DNA of 64,000 bases from Balamuthia mandrillaris (taxonomy: Eukaryota). The position numbers were made by a program, and so were the translations under genes. The notes under the pieces are model-generated. The model saw only the letters and a list, made by a program, of their open reading frames with translations. It ran no database searches and was not told where the DNA came from. This document shows positions 46,466 to 61,358 of the stretch, piece after piece; positions within the stretch are counted from its first letter, which is position 1; every line of letters starts with the position of its first letter. The stretch is from contig JAVKOQ020000025.1 of NCBI GenBank assembly GCA_031835245.2, forward strand, positions 124,001 through 188,000. Reading direction: 5' to 3'.

Positions 46466-48948
46466 ATGAAGATTTGGTTCGCATCCATCCCGGTCCTCTC
46501 CTTTGCGGCCAGCCTGCACCTCGCCTCCCTCCTCCCACGCCCGCACCTCTCTCGCCTCCTTCACCACCGCGGCCTGGAGGAGGAGGAGGACACCAACGAG
46601 GAGGACCTTCTCCGCCTCCTCAAGCCCACCGAGGAGGACTCCGACTACGACTCCGACACGGAGCAAGCCCTGAGGAAGGCGGAGGAGGAGGGGAATGAGA
46701 CGGAGACCAAGGCAGAGCAGGCGAGCGCTTGGACCCGGCGGGCCCTGCGCAACAAGTACGCGAGCGGCGGGTACAGGATCGCCCCGGAGCACCTCCACTT
46801 CGCCCAGCGCCGCCCGCTGCTGCCGCCCTTCCTCTTCCGCCTCACCCGCAAGAAGATCCGCCGCAAGGCCCTGGCCCTCTGCTGCAACGTGGAGATCATG
46901 CTGGCCCGCAAGGGGGAGGAGCGGGAGGTCGACGCCTTTGCCGAGGAGCAGCAGCGCGAGCGCGCCTTTGCCGCCCGCACCAACTGCTGCTGCGCTGCCT
47001 CTCAGCGCAGAAGAACGGAGGAAAGAGAAGCAGCCGCGAGAGGAGAGGAGACAGGAGGAGGAGGAGAAGAAGGAGGAGAAGGAGGAGAAGGAGAAATGGC
47101 GAAACGTTTGGAGCAAACGGGGATCAAAGATGAACGAGAAGCAGCGGAAGTGAAGGGCATGGTGACAGGAGAAAGCTACATGGGGCTCACCTATCACTCC
47201 GCTATGCCGCTCTTCCATGTGGAGGAGAAGAGGGTGAGAACGAGGGAGCAGAGGACGCTCACGGAGGAGTCCAAGCGTCGGCTGAAGAGAGCCGAGGAGA
47301 AGCACCCGCTGCAGTCGCTGTTGGGCGTGAACCGGACGCCGGAGGGGATGAGGGAGCGGGCGCGGAAGGTCTCCTTCTACGCCTGCGCCGCCAGGTACGA
47401 TGCAGAAAAGGCGTTGTGGTGCGCCTATGCCGCGTGTTTGGCCTACGAGAAGGCTGACTTTGTGAAGCACGTCGTTTTGGATATTTGGGGTACGTTCTGC
47501 TTCCTTCTTTCTTGTCCTTGTTGTCACAGCCACCATTGAGACTAATAACATGGCGTTGTTTGAAGGGTGGGATGAAATGCTCTATGTGAGGAGCAAGTAT
47601 ACAGACTCGCAGGCATTCCTTATGAAGAAAGGAAACGTGATGCTGGTGGCATTCTGCGGAACAAAATCATTGAAGAATTGGGGCACCAACCTTGCATTTC
47701 GTCCGGTTCCTTTCTTTCTCATTCTTGTTCTTGTTCTTGTTTTGTTGTTCTTCTGTTTGTTCGTTCTTCTTGGTTCTACATCTTGTTCTTCTACTTCTTG
47801 TTCTTGTTGTTCTTCTTCTTCTTCTTCTTCTTGTTCTTCTTGTTCTTGTTCTTCTTGTTCTTCTTCTTCTTCTTCTTCTTCTTCTTCTACTTCTTGTTGT
47901 TGTTCCTTCTGCTTCTGCTTCTGCTTCTTCAGCCCGTTTTATTTCTTTATTATACTTACTTTATTTTCTGTCGTGCTTTTCTACCAAACAGTTTCGGTTA
48001 CCCAAAAAGTCACGTCACGTTGGCGGCTTTCTAGTGCATTACGGCTTCACGAAAGCTTTTCTATCGTTGATGTATCCGTTTAGAACATTTTTGATGGATT
48101 CCGTGGCACAAGCTGGAGAAGATGAAGAGATAAAGATCTATTTGACAGGTCATTCTTTGGGGGGAGCTCTGGCGACTCTGGGTTATGCTCATTTGATGCT
48201 TTCTGATGATGTTTCTCTTCAAGACCGTGGTTTTCATGTTGAAGGTAATTCTGAAACAGCCACATAGAGTGAAAGGACAACAATCTCATGTGTCTAACTG
48301 AATCCATTCGACAGCACTTTACACATTTGGACAACCTGCAGTTGGCAGCAAAGCATTCAAGGTAGCAATCAACACCAGCCTGTGTGGTAGTGCCTACTAT
48401 CGTTTCACAAACAACAAAGATCCAGTTCCACTTCTTCCTGGCCCTCCATATTCCCAGTGTGGATGTCGTATATACATTCAACAAGATCAAACTTTAGTCT
48501 TGGTACGTATCCTTTGTTCTTCTTGGTCCCTTCTTCATCTTTTTCTTCTTCTCCTTCAGTTTGTTCATTTATTTTTTTCAATATACAGGCGGAATCAGAG
48601 AGTGCTCTTCGAAAGCTGCGAGAGCAGGAAAAGACTCCAGAGGTTCCAACCAACAAAGAAGAAAGAAGAAGCGCGCTTCGAGCTCACAGCATGATCCAAT
48701 ACCTAATTGCCGTCGAAAAGAACTTTCAAGAAGGAGCTGGATTACGGTTGCTGTCTGCAGAAGAAGTTGCTTCACCCTCTCGTCCCTCTTCGGATGTGCC
48801 CAGAGACGACAACGTGCTGGGGGACCATCCTCCAAACAACACATTACAAGAGGATGCTCAACCAAACAACATTTACAACAACAACACGCCCAAAAGAATA
48901 TCGTCCGCTTCACAAGAACGAGATAAAGGAAAAGAAATCGTTAAATAA
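46466..48948 (+). CDS. Class 3 lipase, multi-exon
   Basis: LVAFCGT, VHYGF, IYLTGHSLGGALA (nucleophile Ser), YTFGQPAVG, NNKDPVPLLP (Asp), AHSMIQY (His). Confidence 0.9.
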
Positions 48949-49009
48949 ATAAATAAATAATAAATAACACATTGCTCTTAATATCACTTCTTATCTTTTC
49001 TCTTTTCGT

Positions 49010-50362
49010 TCAAATAGGATAACCGGAAAGACATTGCGAGATGAGCTCTTGTGCCGATGGAGAAGTCAAGAACTGAGCGTGAACCATCGAGTCGAAGCAG
49101 TAATGATGCACCTTGTTAGCCTCCAAGTACTTTCGAACAGCTTCGGAGGGCACTATACTGTCTTTGCCAGAAAGAATGACCGTCGCTTTGGAAGGAAGCT
49201 GGTCCGCAAACAGAATGTTTTGATACCTTTTTGAAAAAAAAAGAGGAGAATGCATAAGTGAAAGAAAACTCTGAACAGAGTACTCTGAAACAGAAGAGGA
49301 AAATAAAGGGCACAAAGAAAGAGAAAGACTTGCACGCACCACCAAAAATGCCGGCTCATGGTATGAGAGATAAACAGCTCTCTGGCGGCAAAGTAATGCA
49401 AGAACCACTCGACGGCCCGTCTCGGCTTCTTGTACACAAAATTGTAGGCAATGTCCGACAAACACAGCAGGAAACAGACCGGATCGATAAGCACAGCTCC
49501 ACAGACGAGTTTAGGCCGTTCCTTGATCATCCACGCCACAAAGACGGTGCCCAGACTGTGGCCCACGAAACAGGCGTTTCGGAGCTCGTGCTTCTTGACG
49601 AGCATCTCTTCAATGGCTTCCACCACGTCGTTCATGGCCGGTACTATAGGAGAAGACGCGGTGGAAGAGGATGCGGAAGTGGTGAAGTGGATGCGGGAAC
49701 TAACGTGAGGAAACTCCAACATGAAGACAGCAGGTCGTTCTCTCCATTGGGTGTAACGAAGCAGAAAATAGAGGTATGGAGCGAGCCCTGTTCCAATGCC
49801 ATGAATGAAGACGAGTGGAGGTAGTTTGTTGTTACTATTGTTGTTATTGCTATGCATGGACGAAAGTATTTGATGTTCTTCTGCTTTTGTAAATGAAGAT
49901 GGAGAAGCAGAGGACGAAGAAGACGATGAAGAAGGAGAAATATGAACCCAATAGTTTAGCTTGTATTTGCCGTTGATGCAATACTTTTTGAAGCCGCACA
50001 ACCGAAGCACAACCCATCCGAAACAATCGCAAATTTTAACGAGAGCATAGTAGATCAAAGGGCGACTGAGAGCATGAACGGGCTCCAAGGAGAGCCGCAT
50101 GCAACGAACGGAGGGATTGCGACCAGCAGGAAAGGAGACGTTCTTTCGCTGTTCGATCTCGTGAACGTAGGATTTTATTTCTTCGAGCTCTTGCTCGCGT
50201 AGGCATTCCATGTATGTGCCAAAGAATGCCCACGACAACCTTTTAGAAATGTGTTTTGTGCAGTGAAGTGAGAAATGAGAAAGAAGAAAGAAGAAAAGAG
50301 AAGAAGAGGCAAAAAAGAAACGAACACGAATGGCAAATACAAAGGAAAGCAAGAGTGAAGCG

Positions 50363-50441
<79 letters not shown>

Positions 50442-51120
50442 CAGAGACAGAGACAGAGACAGAGACAGAGACAGAGACAGAGACAGAGACAGAGAGTCAG
50501 AGAGACAGAGAGACAGAGAGAAACCACCAAAAACAACAAAAAGTGAAAAAAGGACGGAAGAGAAAGTTAAAGACAAACGAACCACTCAACAACATTATCA
50601 AAGCGCAGGTTCTCAAATGGTTCATCAAAGAACCAACCGCTAAGGAATGGCTTCGGGTCGTCCACAACCTCCAAACACCGGAGAAAAAGTGCCTTTTGAA
50701 CACCATATAAATGCTGCTGTTATATCTCCAAAAAAAAAAACAAAAAGAAAAGAAAAGAAAAGAAAAGAAAAGAAAAGAAAAGAAAAGAAAAGAAAAGAAA
50801 AGAAAAGAAAAAAAAACCTGTCGATCAGCCTTCGGCAAAAAAGGAGCCGACACGCCCGCCTGCAGCTTCTTCTGCGCGCTCCGGTGGTAGACGTAGAAGC
50901 AGCACTCCAGCAGCAACCAGAGTTCCACGAAGAAGACCCAAATGGCGTCCAACACCAGCAGGCTGCCGTGGAGCAGCGGGTGGGAGCCGCCGGAGAACAG
51001 GAACTGCAGGAGGTGGTAGCCAAAGTAGCCAAAGGCCAGCGGGGAGACCATGCTTATGCCCCAAATGCTCAGCTTGACGAGCAGCAAAGAAGCATCGAAA
51101 GAGGCGAACAGCTTCTTCAT
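49010..51120 (-). CDS. Alpha/beta hydrolase with N-terminal transmembrane segments
   Basis: PLVFIHGIGTGLAPY, FVGHSLGTVF, LIDPVCF, LSGKDSIVP, MVHAQFL; hydrophobic N-terminus. Confidence 0.85.
50366..50520. repeat. Intronic (AG)n/(AGAGAC)n microsatellite (CT-rich on the minus, sense strand)
   Basis: Directly visible. Confidence 0.95.
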
Positions 51121-51724
51121 CTTTAAAGAATAATTTGTAACTGAATAACGATCAGCTTTATTTATTTTTTTCAACAGGAGAAAAGAAAGAAAGCATACCG
51201 GAGTGGAGGGAGAAGAGAAAAGGAGGAGAGGGAGAGAGAAGGCGGAGATGAAGAGGAATAAAGGGAGCCGTTATATGGGGAACTCTACACTGCAGTTTTC
51301 TTCCTTTTTCTTTGCTCTTCGTTAAGTGTTTTTTTAATTGTCCGAGGTCGTCGGGGAATGTAAAAAGCATGTTACCTTTTATTGCAAATTTTTACCATAT
51401 TTGATCAAAATATGTCGACATAAAATGAAAAAGGGAATATTCGGCATTATTTAATCTGTGATTCTTCCAATGGGAACATTTCTATTCATTTGACTGTTGT
51501 CCCACGAACCGTCCCTACCAACGAAGCAACATGTCCCACATATTACGGGCGAAATGCTAGACATTTTTGGTCCCTAGCCAAAGAAGACGTCCTGTATTAA
51601 TTATATCGAATTTTTAAGCCCAAATTTTTTTGTTTAAGTTTTTTGCGTTACACTTCAATAAACGAAACAAAAAAAATATTTAGTTGTTTTTCTTTCAACA
51701 AAAAAGAAAAGCAAAAGAAAAAAA

Positions 51725-52082
51725 ATGGGCACAAAGGAGGAGAAGAGCGTGACCCACAGGTGGAAGATCGCCTTTGAGGAGCTGGAGTTCTTGGAGAACA
51801 TTGGCAAGGGCAATTTTGGAGAGGTGTGGAAGGGCACCTACCTCGGCCTGGACGTCGCCATCAAGAGGCTTTACTTTGTGGACGATGACTTTATGCAAAA
51901 GTATATTGCCAGGGAGATGGCCACCCTCACGTACGTTGGGGTTTTTTTTTATTTTGGTCCTTTGGTTCTTCTTTTTTCCTTCGTCACTCTCTTGTGTTTT
52001 TTGGTTTGGCGTTTCTGTTTTTGCTATTTTTTTCTATTCGTGTCTTTATGTTTTTTCTTTCTTGTGACTTCTTGCTTTCTTG

Positions 52083-52127
<45 letters not shown>

Positions 52128-52214
52128 CGTTTCTTTCTTTGCTTTGAACAATTGTTATTCTTTCTTTTTTTTTTCGTTCTTTCTTTCTTGTCGTTTCTTT
52201 CTTTCCCTCTTGCT

Positions 52215-52245
<31 letters not shown>

Positions 52246-54008
52246 TTTCTTGCTTTCTTTCTTGTCTTTCTTTTTTTTCTTGTCTTTCTCTTTTTGCTTT
52301 GGTTTTTTCCTCTCTTTTTCTTTTCTTTTTTTAAAAACTATTATGAAGACAAGAAACTAAACGTTCAACAAACAAACCAACAAACCAGGGGTCTCTTCCA
52401 TCCACACATAGTGCAGCTGATGGGTCTCTGCGTGAACAGCCAGGACGTCTACATCGTCACCGAGTTCATCAACGGCGGCGACCTTCGCGGCCTCCTCAAG
52501 GACCGCAGCCAGCCCCTCTCCTGGGGGCAGCGCCTGGGCTTCGCCAGGGACATCGCCCTGGCCCTCAACTACCTCCACCACAAGAACGTGATGCACCGGG
52601 ACATCAAGAGCAAGAACCTCCTCATCGGCGATAACTACAAGGTCAAGGTCTGCGATTTTGGTTCGTAAACGGTTTTTCCTATATTGTCTTATAGGTTTTG
52701 TTCTTGTGGTTTATAGTTTTTGTGAAACTTGGAACAAACAACAGGTCTGGCAAGAACGGGTCCCAACTCCGAGGAGGAGCGCCGCTACGTGACCACCGTC
52801 GGGACGCACGAATGGATGGCCCCCGAGGTGGCCATGCAGCAGCCCTACGACAAGTCGGCCGACGTCTTCTCCTACGGCATGGTCCTCTGGGAGCTCATCA
52901 CCCGACGGAAGCCGCCCGTCCGCCACCTCAAGGACGCCTACGCCTTTGTCAGCCTGAGCCGAGAGGAGCAGGAGCACGTGCCGCGGGACACGCCCGAGGC
53001 CCTGTGGCAGCTCCTCTGCGACTGCGCCAGGACCTCGCCCCAGGAGCGGCCCACCTTCGAGGAGATCGTGGCTCGCATCAAGGACATTCAGGTCCCGCGA
53101 GGGGAGCAGGTTGGCTCCGGCTCTTCCCTGATAAACGAGAGAAGAGAGGGAGGTGGAGGAGGAAGGCACAAGAGAGCGGCCTCGATCGACTTGTCGGCTT
53201 CCGGACATTCGCACAAAGTGAAAGAAGCGCTCACGGGAGCCGCATCGGGCGAAGAGAGGGCGAGCCAAAGAAAAAGCAGCTCCAGCTCCAAAGTTCGACT
53301 GAGCCGACACTATAGCGATGACGATATATTGGACATTCATAAGAAGAAGGAGGACGATGAAGAGGACGAGCGCGACGAAAACGGAGAGGAGGATGATGAG
53401 GACGAAGAGAAGACCACAACCACCACCAAGAGCTTTATCTACCGGGACAGAGAGGTGACCGAGGTGACAAAGACGATGCGCAGGCCCTTCAGCAAAGAGC
53501 AGTGGTGTCACTTCAAGTGCTCCATCCAGAAGCGAGCGGCCTGGGCGCCAGGCACCACCATCAACGTGAACGTCAGCATCAACAACGGGTCCGGACGAAC
53601 CATTCGTCACATCAAGGTAACGTTTTTTGTTGTTTGTCTCTCTGTTGTTGTTTTGCTAAGCTTTAAACTAACAACAAACAAACAAACCAGGCTTATCTTT
53701 TGACCTCCACAAACATACAAGGCAAAAAGAAGTTGAAGATGTCCACCACGGGGACCACCATCTACAGCAAAACGATCGGCTTTCCGCTGAAAGGTTGGAA
53801 GGACTTTGATGACGAACTCAAGTTCAAGCTTCCTTCCTTTTCCTCCTCCTCCTCTTCTTCTTCTTCCTCTTCGACACTTTCTCCTGCTGCCAGTTCGAGT
53901 AACCTCCGAGCCACCCATGAATTGGTATTGGAGTTCCCGTTGAAGAAAGGAATGTATAGTTCCACCGCGAAAGCCTATCTTCCTATTCACTTCAAGACGA
54001 CTCAATGA
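51725..54008 (+). CDS. TKL (LISK/TESK-like) protein kinase with C-terminal arrestin-C-like domain
   Basis: IGKGNFGEV, VAIKRL, HPHIVQLMG, HRDIKSKNLL, VCDFGLAR, VGTHEWMAPEV, DVFSYGMVLWEL, RPTF. C-terminus AWAPGTTINVNVSINNGSGRTIRHIK...FKLP...HELVLEF...LPIHF. Confidence 0.92.
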
Positions 54009-54200
54009 ATGGAAAGAAAAGGAGAGAAAACAGGAAGGGAGGGAGGAGTGGAAGAAAGAAAATGAAGCCACAAGAAAGACGGAAAGGCAGAAAGAACGAA
54101 CGAAGAGAGAAGATGAGGTTTGTTTTCTCTGTTGATGTGAATAGAAAACTTTTTTTTGTTGTACACTCTCAGGCAACGCTTTTGCACTTTGTTTTCACAT

Positions 54201-57088
<2,888 letters not shown>

Positions 57089-57664
57089 TTCTTTCTTTCT
57101 TTCTTTTCTTACAGGTATGTGGAGAATGAATGGAATGTAAATTACGTAAATAATGTTAAACATTCAAATAATCTCAAATATCCAGAATGTTTAACATTTC
57201 GTCGACAACCAAAAAAACATTGCGGTGGGTAAGACTCGAATCCGAGTAGTATTATTTTTTTTATGTGTAACAATAATCGCAACCACTCTTAGATGGTTTA
57301 TTTTGTAAGAGGGGATTACAGTGTTACAATATAAGTCTCTGTGTGTGTGGTCCACTTCTTCTCTAGATCGTCTCCTGACTGTTAACGAGGGTATAGCACC
57401 CAGACTCCGCTCGTGGACTCTTCTCAAGTGTGTTTTTTGATTGTTTGAAATTTTCGTTCAATGATCAAATGCATGGTCTGCTCTCGCGATGCGGTTCCAC
57501 ATGACGCAAACATAGCCCTTCGCACCTCATTGTCTCCCACAAGCGATACCCATGATACCCACAGGGCAGGGTGGAAATATCATGTGGTGGTCACCTTCTT
57601 TCTGCTTTGAATATTGCTCGTGTCGTCATGATTTGTTTGATCACTACAGACAAAAAAAAAGAGA

Positions 57665-59000
57665 ATGGAAGAAGCATCGCCGCCTCCCTACCCTGCTTCT
57701 CTCTATGAAGAGTCGATGTACATACTCGTCAGCTCGCCCATGTGGCCTGTCCTCACCCTCGCGCACGCCCTCTTCGTGTGCTACAAGCTCCGCCCGATAT
57801 TCATCGGGCGGCCTCCCCTCCTCAGCGCCGTTTGTTGCGTGATGGCCTGTTTGTTTGGGGCCAGCCTTCGCTACACCCTGTTGGGCCTGCCTCATCCTTG
57901 GCTCAAGTCCAACGTGTTAATACCAGGCATCTTAGTGTGTTGGTAAAAACAAAAGTGTTTTTGCATTTTTACCCGTCAACCTTTTCTCTTTTTGTCTTTT
58001 GTTTTTTTCTTCTTCTTCTCTTCTCTTTCTGCTTCTTCTTCTTCTTCTTTCTTCTTTCTTTTTCTTTTTCTTTTTCTTTTTTTTTCTTGTTTCTTTTTCT
58101 TTTTCTTTCAAGTTTTTCTTTTTCTTTTTTCTTTTTCATTTATCGTTTAAACCCTTAACGAACCTTGTTTCTTCCTATGCGGGTACTCCAGGGGTTTGAT
58201 GAACTACTCGTACAGCGACATTGTGCACAGACTATATGGAGACTCTCCCTTTCTCGTTCGTCCCAAACCTTTTTTCTAGCTTTCTTTTTCTTCGTTATTT
58301 CTTTCTCTCTTTATCTCTTCTTTTCCTAACACAACAAAATAATACACAATACAAAGGAGTTGGGGTTGGTATTGGAAATGGTTTTCAAAGGCCGTGCCAT
58401 CATAGATGGCATCGAGCTATCGCTGCGGGAAATTCCTGATGGCATTGTTGCTGCCCTTGTCATGGGCATCCTTTCTGGTAGTTATCTTCAAGTTCTTCTT
58501 TCTTTCTTTTTCTGCTTCTTGTTCTTGTTCTTGTTCTTCTTCTTCTTCTTCTTCTTCTTGTTCTTGTTGTTCTTCTTCTTCTTCTTCTTCTTCTCCCTCT
58601 TCTTCCTCTTCTTCTTTTTCCTGAAGAATTCGTCTTACTGTTTTCTGTTGAACAAAACACCCAACAAAATATAGGAACTGCAGGAGGTTTCTTTTCTACA
58701 CTCCTGCACAACGTGGTGGCCCATGATGGCATGCCCTCCGAGCTCAGCTACCCCACTTTCGGTCTCAAAGGAGCCGTGGCCGCCACGCTCTTCTACTACT
58801 GTACTCTCGACCCTCATCACGTGCTTCTCGGCCCGTTGATGCCTGCAAACCTTTGCAAAGCCGTCGTGATCCTCAGTCAAGTCATTGGAGCTCTCAACAT
58901 CCACTATTCGATGATTAGGAGCAAAAGGCAAGCCCTCAAAGCCCAAAAAGAAGCAATGGAGAAGCAACAGCAGAAAGCAAAGGAAAAAAAGTTTGAATGA
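57665..59000 (+). CDS. Trimeric intracellular cation channel (TRIC/TMEM38/UPF0126-like) membrane protein
   Basis: Multi-TM. VMACLFGASLRYTLLGLPHPWL..N...W.LMNYS...D and VMGILSGTAGGFF resemble the two internal TRIC repeats; basic C-tail. Confidence 0.75.
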
Positions 59001-59415
59001 AGTGATTCCACATTCATTTTTTTGTTGAAATTGGCGAAAAAAAATTTTTTTTTGATTTGTTTTTTTTGTTTTTTTGTTTTTTAAGTTTTTTTTGTTTTTG
59101 TTAGCCCTTTTTTGTATTGGGGTTTTAATACAGTTTTTTTAAAGAAAAAGAATAAACAACTGCATTTTGTTCCATTTTTATTGAATATATTTTATTGTTT
59201 CAATTTTCAATTTTTAAATATTGCCTGAGGAGCAATGAGAACTACCCAACACGACGGCTGCTCCATTTGTGTAGCTTTTGACCTAGGTTAGTCGACAAAA
59301 ATTATCACTCCACCAAAAAAAAAATTCAGAAATAAAAAGAAAAGAAGAGAAGAAGAAGAGAAGAGGAGTAGAGATCGCCGGCGATCCACAAAAACAACCA
59401 AATAAATAACCAGAA

Positions 59416-60309
59416 ATGTGGCGCTTTTGTGTTGGTGGTTCCTCCTCCACCAACGCTGTGGCCGCTTCCACCTGCGCTCGGCGTAGCGTCTCCTTTGCCC
59501 CCGGCTCCTTTTCCTCTCCCTTCTTCTCCCCTGATTCAGCCCCGCCGCCGCCGTCGGCCGAGGCGGAGCTTCAACGTCCTACTCTGCTTCACCCAGGCTC
59601 GCTCGCGGCTACGCCTCCGCCACCTCGGGCTACGAGTCGATGCCGGATTATCCCTCCTGGCGCAAGCCCACTTTGAAGGCCTGGCGCAAGGTACCGCGAG
59701 AGGCCTACGACCCCAACCAGGTCCGCGCAAAGGACTTGGAGTACGACAAACTGGCCTTCCTGACGAGGCCCAAGGGAGGGGCCTTCAACTACGCCGACGT
59801 GTGGCCGCATGGCGTGGACCCTCCCCCTCCTTTGTGGGACGTTTTCAATCACAAGGTCTTTCATCATTTCATATCACCCTCCTTCTCTCTACTCTCTCTG
59901 CTCTCTCTCTCACTCTCCTCTGTCTCTCTCCACTCTCACACATTCTCTCTCACTCTCTCGCTTCTCTCCACTCTCTCTTTCTCTCTCCTCTCTCTCCCTC
60001 TCTCCCCCCTCTCGCTCTCCTCTCTCTCTCTCTCCTCTCTTTCTCTCTCTCTCCCTCCACTCTCTTTCTCTCTCTCTCTCTCTCTTGTTTTTTTTTGCTC
60101 ACATGGAGAGTGGAATATTTAGGGTTTTCTGCCGCCGGTATTAGCGGACCATACCGGCAGGACGCGGCACGTCTACCTCAACTCCCCGTACACCATGAAC
60201 TCCCTCGAACCCCGCATGATCAGCATGCTTGCCACGGTGCTTCGCGTAAGCTTGCGCTTTGTCCTCTCTTACTCTTACTCTTGCTCTTCAGCTCCTTTCT
60301 CTCCTCGCG

Positions 60310-60340
<31 letters not shown>

Positions 60341-60739
60341 TGCTTTTATGATCTCTCTTTGCTCCTTTTGTCTTTCTGGTCTCAGCATGGTAACTTCTTA
60401 CTACTTCTGATTCTCTCAGAAATATGAGGAGTATCAACCAAACACGACCGCTGTTGGTCTTAGCAGTTCTTCTCCTGATAATTTTAGCGCTGGCACTGAT
60501 TTTAAATGTTCGTCTCATACTCTTGTTCTCTGCGTCTCTGCCTCTCCCTCTTTGTACTCACTTGTTACGTTTTGCAGCAATCTATGAACACGCAGCAAAA
60601 GGAGACATCAACTACGGCAAAACGTTGCTACGACACCTATACCAGCTGAACTATTACATTACTGGCATGACGCAGCCCTACTTCCCTGTCATGAACGGCA
60701 TATCAAGTACGTTTCCTTTTGTTTACCATTTTGGCGTTT

Positions 60740-60785
<46 letters not shown>

Positions 60786-61288
60786 GTTTCGTTTTGTTTC
60801 ACTATTTTGTTTTTGGTTGGTTGCTTAACAAACCTAACAAAACAGTGGGCTCCGGAGCTGCACTCGTCTACAACTCGAACTTCTTCCGCATAACGACGGA
60901 GCAAGCTGTCTTTGCCCTGCCTGAAGTACGCTTTGGCTTTGTCCCTGACTGTGGCGCAAGTTGGTTCTTCCCTGCTATCGAAGGCCACGTGGGTCTGTAC
61001 CTGGCCCTCACCGGCAAACGCCTAAAAGGCTGGGATATCTTGTGCGTTTCTTTCTTCTTCTGCAATTTTCTACCTTCTCTCTTTCTGACTTGTTTTTTTT
61101 TCTTTGTTGGTGAAAATGATCAGCCATTCACAGATTGCCACGCATGTGGTACCCAGCGACCGCCTGGAAATGTTGTGGAAAATGCTAGCGGATACTTCAC
61201 GGCTTACCCATCGGAAATATCACAGTGCGTTGTGGGGAATGTGGTCCACTGCTGCAACTCCTGATGGCACGTTTCTTCCTTTCAGTTT

Positions 61289-61358
<70 letters not shown>

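Noticed and set aside
46427..47551. 374-aa minus-strand ORF (and similar shadow ORFs at 52711-53610 and 56759-57232)
   Set aside because: Antisense shadows of GC-rich exons of the lipase, kinase and F-box genes, with no recognisable motifs.
51498..51580. Four GTCCC(A/T) words, plus scattered TGTGGGA/TCCCACA resembling CSL sites
   Set aside because: Short and irregularly spaced; not clearly above background by eye.
57300..57600. Possible snoRNA/ncRNA between the F-box-Ank and TRIC genes
   Set aside because: Only weak complementarity (GTCCAC/GTGGAC) and no convincing C/D, H/ACA or Sm boxes; an Rfam scan would be needed.
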